Shown: positions 18,215-26,957, counted from the first letter of the stretch. The stretch: 64,000 nt of DNA from Vulcanimicrobiota bacterium (GCA_963826325.1 CAWGWT010000004.1:6031-70030), one strand, 5' to 3'. Made by a program: numbers and translations. Notes: generated from the sequence alone by a model not told the origin.

Positions 18215-19463
18215 TGCCCCCGGTGCGCTAACCCCGGAGCCTGCACTGAGCGGAGCGGCAGCGCCCGCACTGACCGCAGCCGAAGTGCCCGCACTGACGC
18301 GCGAGATCTACGAGAGGCTTAGCTCCTTCGACCTTGCGCTGCTGCCGATCGAGGCCCGCACACGCGCACTCGACCGCTTCTTCTCACTACCGAGCAACCG
18401 CGAAAAACCGGGCCGCTTCTGGCGGGTCGACTTCGAGTCGATTCTTCCCGATCCCAACGCCATCGAGCTGGCCGCAGCAGAGGTGCCGGTGGAGAACCGA
18501 GATCGTGCCGTCATCGCATGCAACCTTCCGACGGCGGCGCGCGATTATCCCCAACTTCTGGCTCGCGCCTTCGGCGCGACGGGAATCGCGGCGAACAAGT
18601 TTGGCGCACTCGCGCAGGCGTTTGCCGGCCGCGGCGTCTTTGTTTACGTGCCTGCCGATCATGCCTGCGACGACCCGATCGTCATCCGCTATCACGCCGC
18701 GTCCCGTGCCGCAATCTTCCCCTGGAGCGTCGTGCTCGCCGAACGCGGGGCACGCGTTACCATTATCGAGCGCCTTACCGGCGACGAAGGGGCCTTCATC
18801 TGCTGCGCCGCGGAGGTTGTCGGCGCGGAGCACGCCGATGTTACTTATGCGGTGCTGCAGCAGGCCGCGGAAAGCGCTCGTGTCATATCAACCCGGTCGG
18901 CGCGCCCCGGCCGCGACGGGCAAATTTTATGGAGTGTGGCGGAGCTTGGCGGCGGCCTCGCCGCCGGCGACGTTCGCATCTCCATCGGAGAGCCCGGAGC
19001 CAAGGCGCAGGTCGCGGCGATCTTCTTCCCGCGCGAATCGCAGCACGTCGACCTCGTTAGCACCGTCGAGCACCTGGCCGGTGAGGCGACTTCGGAAACC
19101 CTTGTCAAGTCCGCGGCTATAGGTCGTGGTCAGGCGCGCTTCCTCGGCAACATTCGCATCGCGCCTCACGCGCAAGGGAGCGACGCGCGCCTGCGCGACG
19201 ACGCGCTTCTCCTCTCACCGAAGGCCCACATCGATTCGGTACCGGCGCTGGAAATCGGCGCAAACGACGTCAAGGCCTATCACGGTGCAACGGTCGGCGC
19301 AATTGACGCTGAGCAAATTTTCTACATGGAGAGTCGCGGCATCGAACCCAGCGCGGCGGAACGCATGATCGCACTTGGTTTCTTCGAGCCCGCGATCGAG
19401 TGGTTTCCCTCGTCGAGCCTTCGCGACGAAATCCGCGCTGCGTTATCGGCGAAGCTCTCATGA
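18189..19463 (+). CDS. sufD: Fe-S cluster assembly protein SufD
   Basis: The C-terminal motif ...NDVKAYHGATVGAIDAEQIFYMESRGI... matches SufD rather than SufB. The start is uncertain, as it overlaps the sufC end. Confidence 0.8.
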   Translation: MRRAARLFSAPGALTPEPALSGAAAPALTAAEVPALTREIYERLSSFDLALLPIEARTRALDRFFSLPSNREKPGRFWRVDFESILPDPNAIELAAAEVPVENRDRAVIACNLPTAARDYPQLLARAFGATGIAANKFGALAQAFAGRGVFVYVPADHACDDPIVIRYHAASRAAIFPWSVVLAERGARVTIIERLTGDEGAFICCAAEVVGAEHADVTYAVLQQAAESARVISTRSARPGRDGQILWSVAELGGGLAAGDVRISIGEPGAKAQVAAIFFPRESQHVDLVSTVEHLAGEATSETLVKSAAIGRGQARFLGNIRIAPHAQGSDARLRDDALLLSPKAHIDSVPALEIGANDVKAYHGATVGAIDAEQIFYMESRGIEPSAAERMIALGFFEPAIEWFPSSSLRDEIRAALSAKLS

Positions 19464-20743
19464 CGCAGACGCTGCGCACGTCGCTCACCGTCGCTCGACA
19501 AGCCCGAGATGATAAAGCAAAGGCTGAGCGGATTATTGCCGATTTTCCGATCCTCGCGCGTCCGACGTCGCGCGGGAAGCGCCTCGTGTACCTCGACTCG
19601 GCGGCAACCTCGCAAAAGCCGCGCGTCGTCATCGATGCTTTGGTCGAATACTACGAGCAGTATAATGCTAACATTCACCGCGGCGTCTACGAGATCGCCG
19701 CACGCGCAACTGCGGAATTCGAACACGCCCGCGTCAAGCTCGCGCGCTTCATCGGGGCGGGTGTTTCGGAGATTGTGTGGGTGCGCAACACGACCGAAGC
19801 GATCAACCTTGTAGCTTATTCCTGGGGCGATGCGAATTTAAGAGCCGGAGATGTAATTCTACTGACCGAGCTTGAGCACCATTCCGATCTGGTGCCGTGG
19901 CAGCTCCTAGCGGAACGAAGCGGCGCTGTGCTGCGCTTCATTCCGGTCGACGATCGCGGCCTCTACGTTCTCGACGACCTCGACGAACTGCTGGACGGCT
20001 GCAAGGTCGTCGCATTGGCTCACGTCAGCAATACGCTGGGAACGATCTTGCCGCTCGAGAGAATCATACCGCGCGCCCACGCCGCCGGCGCGGTCGTCCT
20101 CGTCGACGGCGCCCAAGGAGCGCCGCATTTGCCGCTCGATGTCAAAGCGCTTGATGCCGACTTTTACACGTTCAGCGGTCACAAGATGCTCGGACCAACG
20201 GGTATCGGAGTACTCTACGGCAAGCGCGCTCTGCTGGAAGCGATGCCGCCCTTTTTCTCCGGCGGCGATATGATCCGGAAGGTCGAGTACGCGGAGACGA
20301 CCTTCGCCGATCCGCCGCGGAAATTCGAGGCTGGAACGAGCAATATCGCCGACGCTATCGCTTTCGGCGTCGCAACCGAATATCTCGAAAACGTTGGAAT
20401 GCCGTGGGTGCGCGAACACGAGCGACTGCTGACCGCCTACGCATTAGAACGACTCGCGGCACTCGAGCCGCGCGGCCTGGCGATCTACGGACCGCGCGAC
20501 GCCGCACTTGTTTCGGGAGTGATCTCGTTCAACTTGGCCGACGTTCATGCGCACGATCTCGCCTCGATCTTGGATACGGAAGGTATTTGCGTGCGCGCCG
20601 GTCACCATTGCACGATGCCGCTGATGGAAAAGATGGGATGGTCGGCTACGGCGCGGGCCTCGTTCTACATTTATAATACCGAAGACGACGTCGATGTACT
20701 CTGCGGGGGAATCGAAAAAGCGGCTCGCATCTTCGGGCTTTGA
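19460..20743 (+). CDS. sufS: Cysteine desulfurase SufS
   Basis: ATG 19460 overlaps the sufD stop (ATGA). Family motifs: ...YLDSAATSQKP..., ...FSGHKMLGPTGIGVLYG..., ...RAGHHC.... Confidence 0.95.
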   Translation: MTQTLRTSLTVARQARDDKAKAERIIADFPILARPTSRGKRLVYLDSAATSQKPRVVIDALVEYYEQYNANIHRGVYEIAARATAEFEHARVKLARFIGAGVSEIVWVRNTTEAINLVAYSWGDANLRAGDVILLTELEHHSDLVPWQLLAERSGAVLRFIPVDDRGLYVLDDLDELLDGCKVVALAHVSNTLGTILPLERIIPRAHAAGAVVLVDGAQGAPHLPLDVKALDADFYTFSGHKMLGPTGIGVLYGKRALLEAMPPFFSGGDMIRKVEYAETTFADPPRKFEAGTSNIADAIAFGVATEYLENVGMPWVREHERLLTAYALERLAALEPRGLAIYGPRDAALVSGVISFNLADVHAHDLASILDTEGICVRAGHHCTMPLMEKMGWSATARASFYIYNTEDDVDVLCGGIEKAARIFGL

Positions 20744-20752
20744 GGTCATCTC

Positions 20753-21142
20753 GTGGACGACTTCTATCGCGACTACATCCTCGATCACTATCGCCACCCG
20801 CGCAACTTCGGCAGACTGGAGCAGTACGACGTCGAAGCGGAAGATCTCAATCCCCTCTGCGGCGATCAAATCCGCATGGAGTTGAAGCTCGAGGACGGCG
20901 TGGTCAGCGATGTGCGGTTCTCGGGCAAAGGCTGTGCGATTAGCCAGGCCTCGGCATCCATGCTTACCGAACGGGTCAAGGGAATGAAGCTCTCCGACGT
21001 CGCGAAGCTCGCCAAAGACGTCGTGCTCGAAGACATCGGCATCGGAATAAGCCCGACGCGCATGAAGTGCGCGATGCTCGGTTTGCGGGTCCTCAAAAGC
21101 GCCGCCGTCGGCGAGCTGGCCGCCTGGCCGGACGAGGAGTGA
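20753..21142 (+). CDS. sufU: SUF sulfur-transfer/scaffold protein SufU
   Basis: ...HYRHPRNFG...NPLCGDQIRMELK...FSGKGCAISQASASM... Confidence 0.9.
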   Translation: MDDFYRDYILDHYRHPRNFGRLEQYDVEAEDLNPLCGDQIRMELKLEDGVVSDVRFSGKGCAISQASASMLTERVKGMKLSDVAKLAKDVVLEDIGIGISPTRMKCAMLGLRVLKSAAVGELAAWPDEE

Positions 21143-21474
21143 GGCATCACGGCGAGTCCACGCCCTGGCAGGCTCTTGCCGCCGAGCCGGAGTTTCGCGC
21201 GCTGCTGCGATCGCGTCGCCGGTTTGTAATTCCGGCGACTCTTTTCTTTATCGCCTATTATCTAGCGCTCCCCATCTCGGTAGGCTGGCTGTCCAAGTCG
21301 ATGAGCCGCCCGGTGTTAGGTCCATTGACGGTGGCGTATTGTTTCGCGCTTTCGCAGTTTGCGATGGCGTGGATCCTTCTGGCCCTCTACCTATGGCGCG
21401 CCCGCAGCTTTGACGTCCGCGCGGCCAAAATCCGCCGTCGAGAGACACGCGAGGTTCTCGACCAAAAACGATGA
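21139..21474 (+). CDS. DUF485 (YjcH-like) membrane protein
   Basis: In-frame GTG 21139 overlaps the sufU stop. The protein has two TM segments, and its ATGA overlaps the actP start, the usual yjcH-actP arrangement. Confidence 0.75.
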   Translation: MRHHGESTPWQALAAEPEFRALLRSRRRFVIPATLFFIAYYLALPISVGWLSKSMSRPVLGPLTVAYCFALSQFAMAWILLALYLWRARSFDVRAAKIRRRETREVLDQKR

Positions 21475-23098
21475 GCACGCAGCCGTCGCTGGTAATGTTC
21501 GCGGTCTTCGTGGGCATCACGCTCGTCGTCACCTACTGGGCCTCCGGCCAGAGCGGAACGAGCCGCGGCTTCTACACCGCCCATCGGCGCATCGGCGGCT
21601 TGCAGAACGGCTGGGCAATCGCGGGCGATTACGTTTCGGCCGCTTCGTTTCTCGGCATTACCGGGCTCGTCGCGTTTTACGGTTTCGATGGTTTCATGTA
21701 CTCGGTCGGTTGGCTCGTAGCCTATCTTGCCGTCCTTCTTCTCGTTGCCGAGCCGCTGCGAAATATCGGCAAGTACACCATCGCCGACCTTGTCTCGTTT
21801 CGCCTGCGAGGTCGTGGGGTTCGCGCAATTGCGGCCCTTTCCACGCTGGCAATCACCTTATTTTATTTGATCGCGCAAATGGTCGGAGTGAACGCGATCG
21901 TCAATCTGCTGCTTCCAAGGTTCGAAGGCGTCATCGCGATCGTTGTGGTTGGCGTGCTGATGCTCGTCTACGTGCTTTTCGGCGGCATGCTTGCGACGAC
22001 GTGGGTACAAATCATCAAGGCCGGCCTCTTGCTGTTGACCGCGCTCGTGCTCTCGGTGCTCGTGATGAAGCACTTCAACTTCTCGATGGAGAATTTCTTT
22101 GATGCGGCGGCGGCCGTCCCCGTCGCCGGAGGTGCGTCGAACTTACTGCGGCCGGGATTGCTCTTTCACGGCACACTCGGTGCATTGAATCTGGTGTCGC
22201 TCGGACTCGCGCTCGTTCTCGGTACGGCCGGGCTCCCGCACATCCTGATGCGCTTTTTCACGGTGCCTTCGGCAAAGGCCGCGCGCACCTCGGTCGCCTG
22301 GGCAATGGTGCTGATCGGCGTCTTTTATCTCACGACGTCGTTCATGGGACTCGGAGCCGCGACGATCGTCGGCAAGGAACACATCGGCCGACGAATGTAC
22401 GCAGGTCAGGCGATCCGCTACATCGCCCATAATCCTGAGCGGGAAACGGCACTCAATGCGCAACTTGCGCACAACGGCTACATCGTGCCCGTATCCGACA
22501 GCAACCTTGCCGCGCCTCTCCTGGCAGAACAGGTCGGAGGCTCGCTGTTGACGGCATTCGTGGCAGCCGTCGCCTTTGCCACGATTTTAGCGGTCGTCGC
22601 CGGCCTCACGATTACGGCTTCTTCGGCATTCGCTTACGACATCTGGTTCAGCCTCGTCCGCAATGGCCGCGGGGATGAGACGGAACACGTTTTCGTAGCG
22701 CGCGCCACCGCATTGGTTGTGGGTGCGCTTGCGATCGCGCTTTCAATTGCACTGCGGGGATTCAACGTAGCGTTCCTCGTGGGTCTGGCCTTTGCGGTGG
22801 CGGCCAGCGCAAACGTGCCCGTGATCCTGCTCGCGCTCTCCTGGCGGCGCTTTGCGCGGTGGGAGCGATTGCCGGCATGCTCGCCGGTTTGATCTCGTCG
22901 CTCGCCTTGATTGCAGTCAGTCCGGTCCTCATGGGAAGCCGTGCGATTTTCCCGCTCGAGAACCCGGGCATCGTTTCCATTCCGGTGGGCTTGGCCGGCG
23001 CGATCATCGGGACGCTGGTCGCCCGAGACCGTGAATCAGAGGCGATGTTCGACCAGCTGCAAGTGCGCGCCACAACCGGCATCGGCGCCGAAGTATAA
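21471..23098 (+). pseudogene. actP: Cation/acetate symporter ActP (sodium:solute symporter family), one frameshift near the C-terminus
   Basis: ORF 21471-22892 (473 aa) and ORF 22859-23098 (79 aa, ...GAIAGMLAGLISSLALIAVSP...) are collinear. Together they give about 550 aa, a normal ActP length. The frame switch lies within 22840-22862. Confidence 0.85.
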
Positions 23099-23201
23099 AA
23101 CGGCCTGATTTAGATGCAGCTCGAGGAGCCACGGGCCGAAGTTTACTGACGTAATCGAGGCCCGGGGCGACAACGAGATGCGCTAAATCAGGCCGTTTTA
23201 T
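23095..23201. repeat. 107-bp palindromic element between convergent genes (19-bp perfect arms, imperfectly palindromic interior)
   Basis: ATAAAACGGCCTGATTTAG at 23095-23113 is the exact reverse complement of 23183-23201. The stop codons of both flanking genes (23096-23098 and 23198-23200) lie inside the arms. Confidence 0.8.
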
Positions 23202-23902
23202 TGGGGTTTGATGGCGTAGTGGTCGGTAATTTGTAAACCGAGCGGACCGTTTTCGACGGTAAACGTGACGTAGTACTCGCCGCTTGCGGTTTGCACGTCG
23301 GCTGTCACACGATATTGTTGCGCGCCGACGTTTGCCGAACGAATCGATTCGATATGCGCGTCGGGATTCATAAACGTCTCGCTCGGAAGCCCGTGCGCGA
23401 GATACGTAGCGGCGGTCGCGCGGTCGCCGTGCGCGAGCGCTTGAAGATACGAGCGAACGACCGCGGACGCGCGCCCTTGCGCGCTCAGCGACGGAGCAGC
23501 CGTAACCGACGCGACCGGCGCTGGAGCCGAGTTGCTGATGGGCGAAGTACTCGGCGCAACGCTTAGAACCGTCGAAGTTTTCGTCGGGGTTGGCGTTTTC
23601 GTCGGGGTTGGCGTTTTCGTCGGAGTTGACGTCTTCATCGGAGCCGGCGTGAGAATCTTCGCCGGAGTCTTTGCGGGGGTCGGCCTTGCCTTTGGTGTCG
23701 TCGACGGAACGGGCTTCGCGCGGGGCGACGGCGTGGACGCGGGCGTAGCCGTGGGCGACGTGGTAACGACCGGCGCCGGAGTCGGCGTTGGAGAAGGCAG
23801 CGCGGCGATTGCCGTGGGCGCCGAGCTCGGAGGATGCGGGGAACCGAAGAAGTGCGCGAGCGCGCCGCCAAGTAGCAATCCGGCCAAGATGACCACCAGC
23901 AC
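23198..23902 (-). CDS. Membrane-anchored Pro/Thr-rich protein with a small C-terminal globular domain
   Basis: N-terminal TM segment MLVVILAGLLLGGALAHFF, a PT-rich linker with TPTKTP repeats, and a C-terminal roughly 95-aa domain (...VVRSYLQALAHGDRATAATYL...YYVTFTVENGPLGLQITDHYAIKPQ). Confidence 0.6.
   Translation of the reverse strand: MLVVILAGLLLGGALAHFFGSPHPPSSAPTAIAALPSPTPTPAPVVTTSPTATPASTPSPRAKPVPSTTPKARPTPAKTPAKILTPAPMKTSTPTKTPTPTKTPTPTKTSTVLSVAPSTSPISNSAPAPVASVTAAPSLSAQGRASAVVRSYLQALAHGDRATAATYLAHGLPSETFMNPDAHIESIRSANVGAQQYRVTADVQTASGEYYVTFTVENGPLGLQITDHYAIKPQ
23577..23630. repeat. 18-bp tandem repeat x3 inside the PT-rich coding region
   Basis: GTTTTCGTCGGGGTTGGC occurs at 23577-23594 and 23595-23612, with a variant GTTTTCGTCGGAGTTGAC at 23613-23630. 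On the minus strand it encodes the TPTKTP units. Confidence 0.9.
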
Positions 23903-23970
23903 TAGAGGGAAGAGCGGCAGTCCGCCACCGCCGGCGTCGTCCGAGTCGCCGCCGCCGTCGCGGTTCAGTC

Positions 23971-24381
23971 TCAGAATGGGCTCCGCGTCAGTCGTTCCGC
24001 CAATGCATCGCGAAGTACCGCGGGGAGCGCTTCGATCAGATCCGGGCGCTGCTCTACGAAAATCGTCGTTGCTTCCCTCAGGAGGTCGGGATTGCCGCGC
24101 GCGTACGCAAGCAGCGCGCTAATACCTCCGGCTTCTCGCCTCGCGATGGCGTCAAGCGTGGTGCCGGCGCCCTCGGCGGCATCTTCCGACGACTCACCAC
24201 GGTTGCGAAACGCCGTGAAGAGCGCTTCCACGAGTGCGGGAACGACCTCTGGCGGCATCGTTAATAGCTCGCGTTGATACGAGGCGGCGAGATCGGCCTC
24301 GTCCATCTTCGCGAGAAGCTTCTCGACTGCACCAGCCAGCATGTCGGGCGGCACGTTCCCGAAGGACATTGGCGGATTCAT
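23971..24381 (-). CDS. Hypothetical acidic all-helical protein
   Basis: 136-aa ORF with strong GC3 bias and a GGAGGAG ribosome-binding site 3 nt upstream of ATG 24381. Confidence 0.6.
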   Translation of the reverse strand: MNPPMSFGNVPPDMLAGAVEKLLAKMDEADLAASYQRELLTMPPEVVPALVEALFTAFRNRGESSEDAAEGAGTTLDAIARREAGGISALLAYARGNPDLLREATTIFVEQRPDLIEALPAVLRDALAERLTRSPF

Positions 24382-24419
24382 TTACTCCTCCGGCAGGCAG
24401 CTCCTCGATACAGCAGAAA

Positions 24420-24755
24420 ATGATGATGATGATCCGCGTGAAGGTACCGCTTGACCTCCACGCCGTCGCACTCGGCGGCTCGGGTGCCTTCGCGCTCGCA
24501 ACACCGATGCGCGTTGCCGACCTCCTGGAGTTTGCCGTACGCGAAGCGATCGGTGAGCGAGCGCCGCACGACAAGTTCTCGCGCAGCGTCCACCGTACGC
24601 TTGCCGGGCTCGCCGGTGGGGACTTCATCGTCGAAGTCAACGGGCGTAGTTTCGCCGACGCCGACGCCATCGTCGTCTGCGAAGCGACGGCCGATATTCG
24701 CTTCTTCCTCGCACGGCGCCGGCGCACTGCCGTTCACGGATTTAAACGTCGCTAA
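24420..24755 (+). CDS. Hypothetical small protein (111 aa)
   Basis: ATG 24420, in frame within ORF 24234-24755, gives MMMMIRVKVPLDLH.... GC3 bias is strong in this frame only, and no Shine-Dalgarno sequence is visible. Confidence 0.4.
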   Translation: MMMMIRVKVPLDLHAVALGGSGAFALATPMRVADLLEFAVREAIGERAPHDKFSRSVHRTLAGLAGGDFIVEVNGRSFADADAIVVCEATADIRFFLARRRRTAVHGFKRR

Positions 24756-24821
24756 ACGCTCCGCTCGCTTGCCACAAATGATAGTGTAGAAGAAAACCCC
24801 TCGTAAGAAACGGAGCACATA

Positions 24822-25598
24822 ATAAAATTTGGCGTCGCGCTGGTTGCCGCGCTCTTGTCGGTGACTCGACCTGTTTTTGCCGACGTACAATACGATACCT
24901 CGGGCGAAGACGCTTATCGAATCGTTTCGGCCGGGACCGCTTCAAAGGTGTCGTACGCGGGGAGCGAACGATTATCCGCGCGTCGAGAGGGCAAAGATTG
25001 GCGGTTTGAAGCACGCGCTCGGTACACGCGCAGCGGTCCCGATGGAAAGAGCCGCAACGAGGCCCTTTTCGTTCAAATCCTTCTTCCAAACGGGACGTTC
25101 GAAGACCGTCTGGATAACGATCCCGATTTCTTGACGATCCTCAATCAACCGTTTGCGGTGCGGCTCGACGTCGCCACGCTCCGAGACCTCCGCGCGCTGC
25201 ACGGTCGCGTCCCCTTCTCCGCCACTTCTCCGCTAGGATCGGAAACCGTCCTGCATGGATTTCTTCGGCCGCTGCCCGGCGGCCCGATCGATGGAACGCA
25301 GACCGTCGGCGTGCGTTTCGAAGCAGAGGGCGCGATGACCGGACCGCTGCCGGGCTATGCCGAGACGCTGGTTTCGGGAACCATGCGGATGGACGGCACC
25401 GCGTATTATACGCTCGACGGCGCGATGCTTTTGGCGCTGAGCATTACATTGACGATCGATGCACGGCTTGCTCAGAGCCGGTCGGTGTCGGTCCCGGTAC
25501 GCATCGTCTACCGCCGCTCGATTAGAGCGACCGCTAAAACGCGCCTACCAGCTCCACCTGTAACGGATGGCGAAACGGGTGCTCCCGCAACTCCGTAA
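24822..25598 (+). CDS. Secreted hypothetical protein
   Basis: The ORF track starts at TTG 24855, but the frame is open from 24807. It encodes a textbook signal peptide, (ATA)KFGVALVAALLSVTRPVFA/D, behind GGAG (24812-24815). The first canonical start is 24855. Confidence 0.6.
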   Translation: MKFGVALVAALLSVTRPVFADVQYDTSGEDAYRIVSAGTASKVSYAGSERLSARREGKDWRFEARARYTRSGPDGKSRNEALFVQILLPNGTFEDRLDNDPDFLTILNQPFAVRLDVATLRDLRALHGRVPFSATSPLGSETVLHGFLRPLPGGPIDGTQTVGVRFEAEGAMTGPLPGYAETLVSGTMRMDGTAYYTLDGAMLLALSITLTIDARLAQSRSVSVPVRIVYRRSIRATAKTRLPAPPVTDGETGAPATP

Positions 25599-25634
25599 GC
25601 GGCGTGAAAGCAAGATGATTTTGATGACAGTCGA

Positions 25635-25925
25635 TCAACATCTCAATGCCGCGTTTGACGCACCAGTCTTCTCGACGTACTTCGCGAGCTTTTTTTTGAA
25701 GTACCCTTGAGGATCTCGTAGCACTTTCGCGTAGTACGGATCCTCGGTGAGACCGGCAGGGTCGACTCCTTCCTTAGGGACGAGCCATACGAACCACGGA
25801 TCCTCGCTCTGACGGTATCCGATGAGCGCGAGCGGAAGCGCTCGTGCAGAGTTGATGTCCGGTAAAAAGCTGCACATCGTGTACGCATCCAGCGAAATTT
25901 CCGTTGGCTCGATGGTTTGCTGCAT
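25635..25925 (-). CDS. Hypothetical small protein (96 aa)
   Basis: ATG 25925 gives MQQTIEPTE... and is preceded by AAAGGTG. Coding bias is good. Confidence 0.55.
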   Translation of the reverse strand: MQQTIEPTEISLDAYTMCSFLPDINSARALPLALIGYRQSEDPWFVWLVPKEGVDPAGLTEDPYYAKVLRDPQGYFKKKLAKYVEKTGASNAALRC

Positions 25926-25955
25926 AGACAGCACCTTTCATTCGATCAATGAGCG

Positions 25956-25995
25956 AAATAAAAAAACCGCTTTCTCGTTACGAGCGAAGCGGTTT
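25956..25995 (-). terminator. Rho-independent terminator read on the minus strand, about 30 nt upstream of the 25925 start codon
   Basis: A 9-bp stem (25964-25972 pairing with 25987-25995) has an inner 4-bp helix (25974-25977 with 25981-25984). On the minus strand it is followed by UUUUAUUU (plus-strand A-run 25956-25963, interrupted by one T at 25959). Confidence 0.6.
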
Positions 25996-26291
25996 CACGC
26001 TGTTTCCCAGGCCGGCGCCCAAGCGAAGCGGCATGGCGTTGGCTTTAGAAACGCCGCCAAAAACCCCTCCCTTCGACCCGGCGTTCCGCCGCGCTGCGGA
26101 CCGCGCGGAGTTTCTCCTAAGCAAAGGCAAAGGGCGGCGGAATCGTATCATCCTGAGCGCGGCCGCGTAGCGGCTGTCATCCTGGGGCGAGCGCAGCGAG
26201 CAGTCGAAGGACCAAGGGCGAGGGGGTCGTCAGGAGTTTTTTAGCGCGAGCGTGAAACCACCGCCCTAGCAGTGGTGGTCCGGGGCACTGT

Positions 26292-26957
26292 ATGAGCGCG
26301 CTCGCACCACTCCTTACGGGAGTATACGTGCCATCAGCGACGACGGGGCGGGCCGCGGCGACGCGACCTTCCGCCGATTCCACACCCAGCGTTGCCAATT
26401 TCGAGCGCATCGTCGACGATTATCAGCGCCGACTCTATGGATTCGCGCTTCGCATGACGGGAAACCGTGAAGATGCAGAAGAGATCGTTCAGGACGCCTT
26501 CGTTCGCGCGTACCGCGCCCTCGGCAAAATGTCGCCCGAGCAGCGTTCCGAACTGAGACTCCAGCCCTGGCTCTACACGATTACGCTCAACGTGACCCGC
26601 AATCGTTTGCGAAGCAAGCGCCCGTCAAACGTGGCGCTCGACGCGCTCGCCGATCCAGACGCGATCTTGCGCGAGTCAAACGAGGGGCCTCCGCAGCCTG
26701 AGGCAATCGTCGAACAGAATACCGAGATCGCGCTCGTCGAACGGGCGCTCTTGCAGCTGCCGATGCACCTTCGCGCCGCAGCGACGCTGCGGTTCATCGA
26801 AGGTCGCAGCCATCCCGAAATAGCCGAGATTCTCAATCAACCGATCGGCACGGTTAAGTCCCACGTCCATCGGGCCGTGCGCATTCTGCGGCGCATTTTG
26901 GGTCCGCAAATCGGACGATTTGCCACGGAAGGAGTCCTCGTGCATGCGTTGTCGTGA
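26292..26957 (+). CDS. ECF-family RNA polymerase sigma-70 factor
   Basis: Region 2 (...YQRRLYGFALRMTGNREDAEEIVQDAFVRAYRAL...PWLYTITLNVTRN...) and region 4 (...RFIEGRSHPEIAEILNQPIGTVKSHVHRAVRILR...) are both present. Confidence 0.9.
   Translation: MSALAPLLTGVYVPSATTGRAAATRPSADSTPSVANFERIVDDYQRRLYGFALRMTGNREDAEEIVQDAFVRAYRALGKMSPEQRSELRLQPWLYTITLNVTRNRLRSKRPSNVALDALADPDAILRESNEGPPQPEAIVEQNTEIALVERALLQLPMHLRAAATLRFIEGRSHPEIAEILNQPIGTVKSHVHRAVRILRRILGPQIGRFATEGVLVHALS

Noticed and set aside
25996-26291. RNase P, SRP, 6S or tmRNA gene
   Set aside because: None of the universal motifs I know is present on either strand (for example GGAAAGUCCGG and ACAGAACCCGGCUUA for RNase P, or GGAAGCAGCC for SRP).
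26253-26291. Autoregulated ECF promoter (TGAAAC at 26253-26258)
   Set aside because: No CGTA/CGTC-type -10 element lies 16-17 nt downstream, and the site would leave almost no leader before ATG 26292. This cannot be supported from sequence alone.
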